A stretch of 64,000 nt of DNA from Candidatus Doudnabacteria bacterium (GTDB taxonomy: Bacteria > Patescibacteriota > Doudnabacteria > UBA920), in assembly GCA_963768175.1 (NCBI GenBank), contig CAVYGQ010000001.1, positions 840,717 through 904,716 of the forward strand, given 5' to 3'. Position numbers and translations under genes: made by a program. Below, one piece after another: positions 1-9,570 of this stretch; within the stretch, counting starts at the first letter, position 1, and each line of letters begins with the position of its first letter. The notes beneath the pieces are model-generated. The model did no database searches and was not told where the DNA came from. It saw only the letters and a program-made list of their open reading frames with translations.

Positions 1-663
1 CTAGGTCTTTAGAGGATTTGTTAAAATAGGTTTCGCTGGCGGCTTCTACGCCATAGGCGTTTCTGCCATAGGGAATTTCATTTAAGTATAGCTGGAGGAT
101 TTGGCTTTTGGAAAAGTGCGCGTCTATGGCAATAGCTAAAATTACTTCGCGGATTTTTCTGTCTATAGATTTGTTGTCGGTTAAAATGGCATTTTTGACA
201 AACTGTTGGGTAATGGTGCTGCCGCCTTGGGCTTTGCGGCCGCTTAAGATATCGGTTAAAATGGCTCTGGCAGTGCCGGTTAAGGATACGCCACCTTCTT
301 TATAAAAACTTTTGTCTTCAATGGCAATGGTCGCTTCTTGGGCCAGGGGTGGAATTTGGTCCAAAGTAACGAGCGTGCGTTTGTATTCGCCGTGGATTTC
401 GTAAAGCAGGCTGCCGTCGCGTGCGTAAATTTTGGTGGACTGGGGAACGTTGCGGTCAAGCAGTTTATTCGGGTCGGGCAGATCTTTGGAATAATACAAA
501 AACATTACTGCAATCAGCACCACCCCCAGCGCCACCAGGCGGAAAGCCCAGGTGAAAAACCTTTTCCAGCCCGATTTAAAGCCGGAACTTTTTTTTATTT
601 TGCTTGGTTTCGGGAATTTCCCCGAAGTGCTGGGTTTGGGGGGTTGGTAGGAATATACACGCA
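1..663 (-). CDS. Class A penicillin-binding protein, N-terminal GT51 transglycosylase part (gene continues beyond window start)
   Basis: Not in the ORF track because there is no stop inside the window. My translation from ATG at 663 gives MRVYSYQPPKPS..., a TM helix FRLVALGVVLIAVMFLYY, then EDKSFYKEGG, GGSTITQQ and RKIRE, which are GT51 motifs. The + strand ORFs 108-305 and 338-673 are antisense artefacts. Confidence 0.85.
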
Positions 664-738
664 TGGTGTATAAATTATAGCTGTTTTTAAGGTTAAAGAA
701 AAATGCTATAATAAGAAGAAGAAATTAAGGTTACGCAA

Positions 739-1941
739 ATGGGCATCATTACGGATAGAAAAAGGATTGATGAAATATTAAACCGGGGCATAGTGGTTGA
801 GGTTTTGCCGTCCAAGGAAGAATTTGTAAAAAAATTACAGTCCGGTGAGCGCCTAAAAATTTATATCGGGGCCGACCCCACCTCAAACTCCTTGCATCTT
901 AGCCACGCGAAAAATTATATGCTCCTCGAGGAGCTGCGTCAGCTTGGGCACCAGGTGACAATTTTGTTTGGGGATTTTACCGCCCAAATAGGCGACCCCA
1001 CGGGTAAAAGCGCCGCGCGGCCCTTGCTTTCCGAAAAGGAAATAAAAAACAATGTTAAAGGCTGGCTGGCACAAATTAAATCGTTAATGGATTTTAAAAG
1101 TAAACAAAATCCTCCAAAAATTGCTTATAACGGCAAATGGCTTTCCAAATTAAGTTTAAAAGATGTAATCAAGCTGGCTGCGAATTTTACGGTTCAACAA
1201 ATGATAGAACGAGACATGTTTGAAAAGCGCTGGGACAGCAATGTTCCGATTTATTTGCACGAGTTTATTTATCCGTTAATGCAGGGTTATGACAGCGTCG
1301 CTTTGGATACGGATGTGGAGATGTGCGGTACGGATCAGACGTTTAATGCGCTCGCCGGGCGGCTGCTATTAAAAAGGTTGAAGGACAAAGAAAAGTTTGT
1401 GTTGATTGTTAATTTAATGGCTAACCCGAAAACCGGCCAGCTTATGTCCAAGAGCCAAGGTACCGGAGTATTTTTATCTTCTCCGCCGAATGAAATGTAT
1501 GGCGCCATTATGGCCCAACCGGATGAGATGATTGAAGTGTTATTTATTAATTGTACCAGAACCCCTTTGGCCGAAAAAAATATAGTTTTAGGGTTGGGGC
1601 CGAGGGACGCCAAGGCCAAAGTCGCGTTTGAGATTGTAAAAAAGTTTTATGGCGAGAAAAGGGCCGTTTTAGCCCAGGAGGCGTTCGTGTCCCAGTTTAG
1701 CAAAGGCGAGCTGCCCAAAGAAATTCCGACAAAAAAAATTAACCCAGGTTCTTATCAGATTTCGCAACTTATTGTTATGGTTGGTTTGGCAGCAAGCCGA
1801 TCTGAAGCCAGACGACTTATGGAGCAGGGAGGCGTTCAATTGTCCGGCCAAGTTGAAAAATTTGATGATACTTTACTGGTCAAAGGCGGTGACAATTTAC
1901 TGTTACAGGTAGGAAAAAGAAAATTTATCAGGATTATCTGA
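739..1941 (+). CDS. tyrS: Tyrosyl-tRNA synthetase
   Basis: 400 aa. HIGH-like motif (SLHLSH), KMSKS-like motif (LMSKSQG), and a C-terminal S4 domain (SRSEARRLMEQGGVQLSG). Confidence 0.9.
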   Translation: MGIITDRKRIDEILNRGIVVEVLPSKEEFVKKLQSGERLKIYIGADPTSNSLHLSHAKNYMLLEELRQLGHQVTILFGDFTAQIGDPTGKSAARPLLSEKEIKNNVKGWLAQIKSLMDFKSKQNPPKIAYNGKWLSKLSLKDVIKLAANFTVQQMIERDMFEKRWDSNVPIYLHEFIYPLMQGYDSVALDTDVEMCGTDQTFNALAGRLLLKRLKDKEKFVLIVNLMANPKTGQLMSKSQGTGVFLSSPPNEMYGAIMAQPDEMIEVLFINCTRTPLAEKNIVLGLGPRDAKAKVAFEIVKKFYGEKRAVLAQEAFVSQFSKGELPKEIPTKKINPGSYQISQLIVMVGLAASRSEARRLMEQGGVQLSGQVEKFDDTLLVKGGDNLLLQVGKRKFIRII

Positions 1942-1944
1942 AGC

Positions 1945-1973
1945 AAAACCCCTCCAGTTTGGAGGGGTTTTGC
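1945..1973. terminator. Bidirectional rho-independent terminator hairpin
   Basis: CCCCTCC agttt GGAGGGG, flanked by an A-run upstream and a T-run downstream, directly after the tyrS stop. Confidence 0.6.
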
Positions 1974-2319
1974 TTTACGTGTTATATTCTGGCGTAGTCC
2001 GCAGTTTTACAGAGTATCGCCTGGAACTTCACCGTCTTTATCTTCATCCTTGTCGTCATCTAAAGGGGTGGCAACTACGCCGCCATCGGTTAAAGTGTCG
2101 TCTTCGTCGTCAAAAAACATATTATTTTACCCCGCGCCAATTAAGTAAAGTATTGAATTTAACCAATGCAATTTTTTTAATTGGTGATCACCATTTTCCC
2201 AAAAATTAGTAAGGGAATTGGTGCGGGGTGAACTTAATGCTTAAAGCCTTAACTTTTTTGGCTTGCCGCAATTATACCAAGGGGCTTATGGCATTGCAAA
2301 CCCAGTTGTGCACAGCCGC

Positions 2320-2817
2320 TTACAAGCTATTGCGCAGGCTTTTTATAAAATAATGCCCGGCACATAGGGCGATAGCCAGAGCGTCCGCCGCGTCGTCGGG
2401 CCTAGGGGCTGATTTTAATTTAAAAGTCTTTTGGATGATATATTGCACTTGTTTTTTTTCCGCTTTGCCGTAACCGCAAATAAAACTTTTTACTTGTAGC
2501 GGAGTAAATTCCAGAATCGGGAGATTTAGCGTCTGGCAAATTAGCAGCACTACTCCCCTGGCTTGCGAAACGGTCATTACGGTTTTTTGGTTGGTGGTAA
2601 AAAAAAGCTTTTCCACACCTACGGCGTCCGGTTTATATTTTTTTATCAGCTTTTTTAAATCATCAGCCAAAATTTTTAACCGCTTGGCATCGCCCAAAGT
2701 TTTTTTTGTTGTAATAACCCCAAAATCAACCAAAGTAAAATCATTGGATTTTTTTGAGGACTGGATTATTCCAAATCCGGTGGTGGCGGTTCCGGGGTCA
2801 ATTCCGAGTATGGTCAT
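2320..2817 (-). CDS. ruvC: Holliday junction resolvase RuvC
   Basis: 165 aa. MTILGIDPGTATTGFGII N-terminus and a C-terminal DAADALAIA motif. Confidence 0.9.
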   Translation of the reverse strand: MTILGIDPGTATTGFGIIQSSKKSNDFTLVDFGVITTKKTLGDAKRLKILADDLKKLIKKYKPDAVGVEKLFFTTNQKTVMTVSQARGVVLLICQTLNLPILEFTPLQVKSFICGYGKAEKKQVQYIIQKTFKLKSAPRPDDAADALAIALCAGHYFIKSLRNSL

Positions 2818-2884
2818 GTTAACATATTATCATTTTAGCATTCTAACAATTGAAAAATGTTAGTATGTTAAAATGTTTAAATGA

Positions 2885-3601
2885 TCAGAGGTTTGCTGAC
2901 GTGTGCACCGCTATTACGTCTTCGTCATTTTCCAGCTCCTGAAACAGCGCGTCAACTTTCAGTTTTTGCTCTTCGGTTAGGTCCGTGCCTTGGGAGCTTT
3001 CTTTAATAATCTCCGCTTGGGCGATTTTGGCGCCGGCCTTTTCCAGGACTTGTTTGATTTTGTTCAAATCCGTGGGCTTGGTGTAAACTTCCAAACCTTC
3101 TTCTGACTCGCGTACATCATCGGCCCCCGCATCTATAGCCGCCAATTCAATATCAGATATTTCTGCATCGCGTTCTACCAAAATTTGTCCCTTGGTGGAA
3201 AATTGCCACGCCACGCTCCCTTGTGCCCCTAAGTTGCCGCTGTGTTTGGAGAACACATGTTTGATGTCATTGGTTGTCCTGTTGGGATTATCGGTTGCCG
3301 CTTCCACCAAAAATGCCGTGCCAAATGGCCCGTAGCCTTCATAAACCACTTCTTTTACTGCGCCGGCCCCTTCGCCAAGCGCGTTTTTGATTGCCCTGTC
3401 TATATTATCATTCGGCATGCCTTGTGCTTTGGCGGAATCCACGACGCTCTTTAATTTAAAATTCGCTTCTGGGTTTCCACCCCCGCCTTCCTTAACGGCA
3501 ATGGAAATTTTTTTGGAAAATTTGGAAAACAGCAGTCCTTTTTTTTGGTCAAGGGCTCCCTTAGTTCTTTTGATTTGCGACCATTTACTGTGACCGGACA
3601 T
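2885..3601 (-). CDS. yebC: YebC/PmpR family DNA-binding regulator
   Basis: 238 aa. MSGHSKWSQIKRTKGALDQKKG is the hallmark N-terminus of this family. Confidence 0.9.
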   Translation of the reverse strand: MSGHSKWSQIKRTKGALDQKKGLLFSKFSKKISIAVKEGGGGNPEANFKLKSVVDSAKAQGMPNDNIDRAIKNALGEGAGAVKEVVYEGYGPFGTAFLVEAATDNPNRTTNDIKHVFSKHSGNLGAQGSVAWQFSTKGQILVERDAEISDIELAAIDAGADDVRESEEGLEVYTKPTDLNKIKQVLEKAGAKIAQAEIIKESSQGTDLTEEQKLKVDALFQELENDEDVIAVHTSANL

Positions 3602-3672
3602 AAATAAGTAATGTAGCGCGCCGATTTATCGGCAACTTGAGACAGCCCATAAATGGGCATGCTACGCTGAGA

Positions 3673-4458
3673 TTATTTAAATGACACTAATACCGTAAAT
3701 TCTCCTTTAATGGAAGGTTTTTCTTTTAAAACATCAGAAACCTGCATCGGCGTACCGCGGATAAACTCTTCGTGCATTTTGGTGATTTCGCGGGCAATGA
3801 CGATTTGCGATGACGGAAAGGCATTGGTAATATAGTTTAAGGTTTTTAAAATCCGTTCCGGGGATTCATAAAAAATTGCTGTGGCTTCGGCATCGGCCGC
3901 GCTCTGCAGCGCCGAAACGGTTTTTGCCGCGGTTTTTTGTAAAAAACCCAAAAACATAAATTTATCGGTCGGCAAACCGGAGGCTGAAAGCGCGGCAATG
4001 GCGGCATTGGCTCCCGGGATCGGGACAACGGCCACATTTTCTTTTATGCACTCGCGCACCAAGCGAAAACCAGGATCGGAAATCCCGGGTGTGCCCGCAT
4101 CGGTAATTAAACAGCCGTCTTGTTTGGCCAGCCGGCGCGCCAGCTCTTTTACAATTTGTTGTTCGTTAAATTCCGCGAACTGAATAATTGGTTTCGCTGA
4201 AATTGCGAGGAGTGCATCCCGCCCCGACTCGCCGTCTTCGGCGAGGCGGGCCGACGAAGCAATCCCGTCTTTGTTTGAGATTGCCGCGCCCTCAGATGCA
4301 TTCGGGCTCGCAATTTCTAGACGTTCAATGTATTGCAGCAGCCTCCTGCTATATCCTGGATTTTCCGCAATAACAAAACTGCACGATTTTAAAGTTTCAA
4401 TCGCGCGCAGGGTTATGTCCCCCAGATTTCCTATTGGAGTCGCAACGATATACAACAT
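3673..4458 (-). CDS. rsmI: 16S rRNA (cytidine1402-2'-O)-methyltransferase RsmI, carrying an in-frame palindromic insert
   Basis: MLYIVATPIGNLGDITLRAIETLK and TDAGTPGISDPG motifs. Extra segment ASPNASEGAAISNKDGIASSARLAEDGESGRDALLAIS is encoded by a palindromic element at 4199-4317. Confidence 0.85.
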   Translation of the reverse strand: MLYIVATPIGNLGDITLRAIETLKSCSFVIAENPGYSRRLLQYIERLEIASPNASEGAAISNKDGIASSARLAEDGESGRDALLAISAKPIIQFAEFNEQQIVKELARRLAKQDGCLITDAGTPGISDPGFRLVRECIKENVAVVPIPGANAAIAALSASGLPTDKFMFLGFLQKTAAKTVSALQSAADAEATAIFYESPERILKTLNYITNAFPSSQIVIAREITKMHEEFIRGTPMQVSDVLKEKPSIKGEFTVLVSFK

Positions 4459-4487
4459 TAGAATTTTAAATTTAAAATTTTATATCC

Positions 4488-4766
4488 CTACCAGTTTTTA
4501 TCCGGCGCTTCCAAACCAAAAGCCGCTTCTATAAAATCGTATTCCGCCTTAAGCTTGTCGCGGTATTCTTCCAGTTCGTTTTTTTGCTCGCCTTCGGCCT
4601 CGTACCATTCGTCATAGGAATTTTTTAATTCGTCATCAATCTCCTGCAGTCTCGCGTAGGCTTCGGCTTCTCCCTGCGGGCCCTGCTCCGCCCATTCCTC
4701 GTAGCTCATGCCGAGCGTCTTTTTGTATTTATCATCGTATAGGCTTTGTATGTCTTCTTGGTCCAT
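4488..4766 (-). CDS. Small acidic hypothetical protein (92 aa)
   Basis: Only the ORF and its Glu/Asp-rich helical-looking sequence. No recognisable family. Confidence 0.45.
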   Translation of the reverse strand: MDQEDIQSLYDDKYKKTLGMSYEEWAEQGPQGEAEAYARLQEIDDELKNSYDEWYEAEGEQKNELEEYRDKLKAEYDFIEAAFGLEAPDKNW

Positions 4767-4930
4767 AGAAAGTTATATGATACGGATATACGGATTAAAT
4801 ACTGATGATACGGATAATACAGATATCCATCAAGACGTTGCCTGACAGAATCCGTATTATCAGTTTCATCCGCATGTATCAGTATATCAGTATCTCCAAT
4901 TAGTTATTATCTCTACCTATTTTACTCTAA

Positions 4931-4996
4931 ATCTCCAAAAAAGAAAAACCCTCTATGTATTGCCAAGGCCGTCGGGCCTGTTTGGCAATAGAGGGT
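4931..4996 (-). terminator. Rho-independent terminator (minus strand)
   Basis: On the minus strand a long imperfect hairpin CCCTCTATTGCCAAAC..GTTGGCAATACATAGAGGG is followed by TTTTTCTTTTTT. Confidence 0.6.
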
Positions 4997-5212
4997 CTTT
5001 CCGAAAAGTCAAAAGAAGCTTTTTGTAAGCCGAAAGATTTACCTTGCGGCCCATCGCCTTATAAATAAAGGCGATATACATCCTGACGAATCAGGATTGG
5101 TTAAAAAACTTTTAGTTGTTTTTTATTTTGGTTTCTTCTGATGAAGAACTAACTTTTCTATACTAAGTATAGCAAATTTTTAGGCAGTTGTCTAGGGCCC
5201 TGACCCGGCATT

Positions 5213-6199
5213 TTATAGCCTGCTAACTATTTTTGCCACGTTTCCATACATAATGCCGTAAATTTCATCATCCGTTAGTCCTGCTATTTCCGAGAGCTGT
5301 TCCGCAATAACCGACAGTTTTCCAATCTCATCAAACTCTTCAAAGAGATGTTGGGCGTCAAGCCCGCCGAAATCGGTCCCGATTGCCGAATATTCTGTTG
5401 AACCGGTTATATCACCGGCTTGTTTGTATGTTTCTATATAATTTTTGAAAGTTGGGAAAAAAGGATTTGCTGGCGTGAACCCGACCACTCCGCCGCGCTT
5501 GGCGATTTCTTTAAGTAATTCGGGAGTGATTAACCGCTGTTTTTCCGAACCCAGGCCGGTGTGGGTGGTGACAATTTTATTATAGTTTCGTACGCGCTCC
5601 AAAATATCGGCAGTAGTTTTGTGGTTGGCATGGGCGGTGTCTATTATCATTTTCAGCTCAACAAGCCGGTCAATTACTTTTTTTCCAAGGTCGGTCAAGC
5701 CCCTGTTTGGATCGCCTGACGAACCTCCGCCAAGCAGGTTGTCGTGGGAGTAGATTGGCCCAACTGACCTGACGCCGCGCGCATACAATTCGTCAGCTAT
5801 ATCGGGCGCAGTAACAATATCCCCGCCTTCTAAATGCAGGATGATTTGTTCTTGGCTGTAAGGCTGATTTTGCAAGCGTAAGTCTTGCGGTCGTGTAAGT
5901 ACTTTAAAGTCTTCGGTTGATTGGTAGTAATCGATCAACCTATTATATTCGTTGCGCACGCCTGCCAATACAACTTCATTTCCGGTTAAGGCGGCTTGTT
6001 TTATCTCCGTATTTGCCCGGCGGTAGATGGTGGCAAAATGCAAGTCTAGCAGTCTTAAGCCTTCGCGCGGCAATTGTTTGCCTCGTTCTTTGGCATGGGC
6101 AAGTTCGGGGTTGTTTAAAATTTGGCACAGCCAGGGATTGAGCCGGTCTTGGTGGAAATCCGCAGCGCGAAAATTTTTACCTTCCTTGGTGTTTAACAT
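5213..6199 (-). CDS. Membrane-dipeptidase family (peptidase M19-like) protein
   Basis: 328 aa. HLEGGD, VRSVGPIYSHDN, IDTAHANH and GTDFGG resemble M19 metal-ligand and signature motifs. Recognised by eye. Confidence 0.7.
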   Translation of the reverse strand: MLNTKEGKNFRAADFHQDRLNPWLCQILNNPELAHAKERGKQLPREGLRLLDLHFATIYRRANTEIKQAALTGNEVVLAGVRNEYNRLIDYYQSTEDFKVLTRPQDLRLQNQPYSQEQIILHLEGGDIVTAPDIADELYARGVRSVGPIYSHDNLLGGGSSGDPNRGLTDLGKKVIDRLVELKMIIDTAHANHKTTADILERVRNYNKIVTTHTGLGSEKQRLITPELLKEIAKRGGVVGFTPANPFFPTFKNYIETYKQAGDITGSTEYSAIGTDFGGLDAQHLFEEFDEIGKLSVIAEQLSEIAGLTDDEIYGIMYGNVAKIVSRL

Positions 6200-6202
6200 A
6201 AG

Positions 6203-7141
6203 CTATTTGCGGTTAAGGGATCTATAGAAACCTAAAAATAGATTATTTAAATTTTGGCCTTGGAATTTGGCGCTGGCAGTCGCCACGCTTGCCGCGCTAA
6301 AACCCGGGTGTACATCTACTTCTATGAGAAAAAGCTTGTTGCCTTTAATTAGAATATTGGATTGGGAAAAAGTGCGGCAACCAAGCGCTTGGTGGGCGAT
6401 TTTGCTAATCTGTTTGACTTTTTTGATAATTTTGGGATTTAAGTGTGCCGGGAATTCTTTTAAAATCGCAGCCTTTCCATCTTTGATTTTTTTGGAAAGT
6501 AGGTCGCCGAGGACGCCGACCGGATCAAAAATTTTTGGTTCCCGGTTTCCAACAACAAGGCATGTTATTTCATAAGTCTTATTTATGTACTGTTCGGCAA
6601 TCATAGCCGAAACAGTGCCAATGTGCTTGTTGACTATTTTAATGCAGTTTTTTTGGCTTTTTGCAATAAACAATCCTCGGCTGTCAGTGCCGGCAACGTC
6701 TTTAATAATACATGGATAACCAATTCTGCTGACAGCTTTTAGTATAGTAGCCCTGGAATTTGTCCATAAGACTTTATCAATAAAAATGTCTTTTGCTACA
6801 GGTAAATGGCATTGCCGGAAAAAGGTTTTGGATAAAAATTTATTGGTTCCCAGAAAGGTTGCCAACGGCCCGGAGCCAAAGTACGGGATATTATAAAGTT
6901 CCAAAAAAGATTCTATGTCCGCTTCATTGCCCCGGCCATAAGCATTTTTTAAGACCACGCCGACTTGTTTGCGTTTAAAATCCTTTAATAATTCATCTGC
7001 CCCGGTGCGGCCGAAGTCATAAGCCTTAATCCGGAAATTTTTTAACTCGCGCTTCAAATCCAAAAGCTGTCTTTGATTTGCTTGAGCTTGCCCGGGATTG
7101 CCGTAAATAACGACGCCTAATTTTATAAGTTTGTTTTTCAT
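6203..7141 (-). CDS. D-alanine--D-alanine ligase-like ATP-grasp protein (second, divergent paralog)
   Basis: 312 aa. AYGRGNEADIESFLELYNIPYFGSG matches the Ddl pattern HG..GEDG..Q..LE...PY.GS. ATP-grasp core YPCIIKDVAGTDSRGLFIA ... FLIEVDVHPGF. A canonical ddl is at 55654-56853. Confidence 0.7.
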   Translation of the reverse strand: MKNKLIKLGVVIYGNPGQAQANQRQLLDLKRELKNFRIKAYDFGRTGADELLKDFKRKQVGVVLKNAYGRGNEADIESFLELYNIPYFGSGPLATFLGTNKFLSKTFFRQCHLPVAKDIFIDKVLWTNSRATILKAVSRIGYPCIIKDVAGTDSRGLFIAKSQKNCIKIVNKHIGTVSAMIAEQYINKTYEITCLVVGNREPKIFDPVGVLGDLLSKKIKDGKAAILKEFPAHLNPKIIKKVKQISKIAHQALGCRTFSQSNILIKGNKLFLIEVDVHPGFSAASVATASAKFQGQNLNNLFLGFYRSLNRK

Positions 7142-8601
7142 AAATTGTTAAAGGTAATGCTGGCTAAATCGTTGAAATTTATGGTTTTCTCGAGTTTTTT
7201 TGCGGGCGGGATATATTTGGACGAGATATAGTCGTAAATATCGGCGGCGCCGGTTTTAAAGAAGTCGCCATATTTCATACTCACCGCCGCTTCAAGATAC
7301 TTTGGACTTAAAGGCCCGTCACAAAATATATCATGCGCGTATAAAGCCTTAAGCTGTCCGTCAAAGCGCCTGAAAAAAAGCGCCATACCGGCAACCAGCC
7401 CGGAGGTGTCAATGTTTTTAATAAGCGGGATTTCTTCCATAAAGGCGGAATGTTCAAGCGTTTTTAGCCATGCATTTTTAAACAGGCTTAAATAAATTGC
7501 GGACCCGTAGCCGGTTAGCGGACGCACGCCGGAGTAAAAATTTAACATTGAAAAAATCGAAAACAGGCTCGGGTAAATTTCTTTTTCCGCTAGCTTCTCC
7601 ATTATAGAACCCTTGTCCATATGGATTTTAAGATGTTCAAATCTGCTGTCGGCGGGAATCAGATATTCTCCTTGAAGGTACATGCGTAAAGAACGAGGCT
7701 GCCCGGGGTACTTTCTCCAGAAAAAGTGGGTGCCCTTTCCTTCTCTTTCCCGCCAGGTGATTATAATTCCTCGAAAGTTTTCCAGTATTTGATCCCGGAA
7801 AGGCTTATCAAAATAAGCGGCGGTTATAAAATTGTCTTCTTTTAACAGTTCAAGCAGACATTGGGTAGTAAGTTCTTCCTGGGTTATATAGAGCAAGTCC
7901 GGCAAAGTGGGGCGGGAGGCCTCGGGAAACAACAGTGGCCAGGTTTCTTTCACAATGACGGTAATTTGGTCGGCGTAGTCTTTGCATCTGTCAAAATTGA
8001 TTGATGAAATAAAGGTGTTAAAATCTTGTAAGAACTTTTGTTCTCCTTTAGTGAATTCATGCCATTGGTGGCTGATTTTAAGTCTGGCGACAAAATCAAA
8101 ATCTCTTTTTGTAATATAATAAGAGCAATGTTCCCGTTCGGCTACGCTAAAAAGGGGAACGTGCTTTCCATGCAGACAAAAGCCGCTTTTCCCGAAATAA
8201 TTATTGGGGGGCACATCGCCGCTGGAGACGACGATGGTGGCGTCCGCTTTTTCCTTTTGGAAAAATTTATTGACGCTGCTTATAACGTTGGCAGACAATA
8301 AAAACGGGTGGTTTAGTATCTGGTGATGGTCGGCAATATTGAAAGCAAGGGAATTTGCGAAGTTAATTTTTAATTTTTCTTTTGCATTGCCGCCGAACAA
8401 CCCTTCAAATTTACGGGTGATTTTATTTTTTAGCAGCTCCTGCCGTTTAAGGTGTAGAGCCGGAGTTTTAAAATTATATAGCCCGTCCGAAAACTCCCTG
8501 ATGCTTAATGGCATTTCAAAATATTCCCGGTAAAGCGGCGCATAACGGGTAATTTGGGAGATTATTTGGTCGCGCTCTTTTAAAATTTTAGCTATTTCCA
8601 T
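7138..8601 (-). CDS. Hypothetical protein, 487 aa, no family recognised
   Basis: Long uninterrupted ORF. Its stop overlaps the start of the ATP-grasp gene by 4 nt (ATGA), implying translational coupling. Confidence 0.7.
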   Translation of the reverse strand: MEIAKILKERDQIISQITRYAPLYREYFEMPLSIREFSDGLYNFKTPALHLKRQELLKNKITRKFEGLFGGNAKEKLKINFANSLAFNIADHHQILNHPFLLSANVISSVNKFFQKEKADATIVVSSGDVPPNNYFGKSGFCLHGKHVPLFSVAEREHCSYYITKRDFDFVARLKISHQWHEFTKGEQKFLQDFNTFISSINFDRCKDYADQITVIVKETWPLLFPEASRPTLPDLLYITQEELTTQCLLELLKEDNFITAAYFDKPFRDQILENFRGIIITWREREGKGTHFFWRKYPGQPRSLRMYLQGEYLIPADSRFEHLKIHMDKGSIMEKLAEKEIYPSLFSIFSMLNFYSGVRPLTGYGSAIYLSLFKNAWLKTLEHSAFMEEIPLIKNIDTSGLVAGMALFFRRFDGQLKALYAHDIFCDGPLSPKYLEAAVSMKYGDFFKTGAADIYDYISSKYIPPAKKLEKTINFNDLASITFNNL

Positions 8602-8681
8602 AGGTATTTAAACTTTACTCCAATTCAAAAAATCCCGCCAGAATACGGTAAAATGCCAAAATTGTGTTTTAAAGTAATATT

Positions 8682-9434
8682 TTATTTTGTTTCCGCCTTA
8701 TCCCACATATACCAAAACCATTTACGATAGCTGTCGGCCAAATCCTTACTGTGCAAAATAAAGAATACAACATTATCAGAAAGCCTAAATAGTTCCAGGC
8801 CGGTGTAGGTAACTACATAGTCGCCAAAGACATGAAAAATGGAATTTGTGGAATATTCTTTTGGCAGAAAACGATATTTTAAAAGTCCCGGCCAGGTTTT
8901 GGCAAAATCTGGCGCCTGGGTTTTGATTTCATGATCAAATAATTGGTGAAATTTAATTTTTTTCCTGGCGGCTTCTTTAAAAAACGCCTGCCTGCTGGCT
9001 TCCAGTTTCGGTTCAAACCAGCCGCCTTTGGCCCCTACAACAAAATTTTCCTCACCAACGCGCAAAACATCCCGCCAAAGATTTTTTTGCCCTTCCAAGC
9101 CCCGATAAATATAGGCTTCTTCCGGGGCAATGCGACGGGTGAATTTCTTTTTTAAATCAGGAAGTATTTTTCCTAGGCTGGTTTGTTTTTCCGCCAGTAA
9201 TTCCGTCAGCTTGTCTGGGTCAACTGCATTGTAGAGATTTTCCGAAGATGAAAAAATCTCAAAGACTAAGCCTTTGTCTATAAGCCGGGCAATGGCATCA
9301 TAGGCATTGCGGCGGTGAATTTTGGCACTAACAGCTATCTTGCTAATACCCGCTTCCCCTGTTTCCACAAGGGATTCGTAAATTTTGGCTTCATTTGGCG
9401 AAAGCCCTAAGCTTAGGAATAAATCTTGGTTCAT
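8682..9434 (-). CDS. TrmB-like winged-HTH transcriptional regulator (paralog 1)
   Basis: 250 aa. N-terminus LGLSPNEAKIYESLVETGEAGISKIAVSAKIHRRNAYDAIARLIDKGLV is typical of the TrmB HTH. Confidence 0.75.
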   Translation of the reverse strand: MNQDLFLSLGLSPNEAKIYESLVETGEAGISKIAVSAKIHRRNAYDAIARLIDKGLVFEIFSSSENLYNAVDPDKLTELLAEKQTSLGKILPDLKKKFTRRIAPEEAYIYRGLEGQKNLWRDVLRVGEENFVVGAKGGWFEPKLEASRQAFFKEAARKKIKFHQLFDHEIKTQAPDFAKTWPGLLKYRFLPKEYSTNSIFHVFGDYVVTYTGLELFRLSDNVVFFILHSKDLADSYRKWFWYMWDKAETK

Positions 9435-9570
9435 ATAATGTGGTGATGATTGCTACCATGTGGCGCTATTGGCCACTCAATATAGATAATATATGCTTAT
9501 CTGTCAACCGTCAACCCCGCCGCTCGCGAGCGGCGGGTCAAGAAACGGCTCTGATAGAAGGAGGAATACA

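Noticed and set aside
108-673. Plus-strand ORFs 108-305 and 338-673
   Set aside because: They lie antisense to a clear GT51 penicillin-binding-protein reading frame that runs off the window start. Their sequences are low-complexity and have no motifs.
2007-2120. 37-aa acidic minus-strand mini-ORF (MFFDDEDDTLTDGGVVATPLDDDKDEDKDGEVPGDTL)
   Set aside because: It is plausible, with a G-rich stretch upstream, but it is too short and low-complexity to support without homologs or expression data. It was not listed as a feature.
4767-5212. Stand-alone ncRNA (SRP, 6S or RNase P-like) in the 446-nt gap
   Set aside because: It contains hairpins and a good minus-strand terminator (4931-4996). I find no SRP GGAA/AGCAGCC, RNase P GAGGAAAGTCC or tmRNA signatures. 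The simplest reading is a 3' UTR plus terminator of the dipeptidase operon, together with TACGGAT/ATCCGTA-type repeats. Only a covariance search could revive the ncRNA idea.
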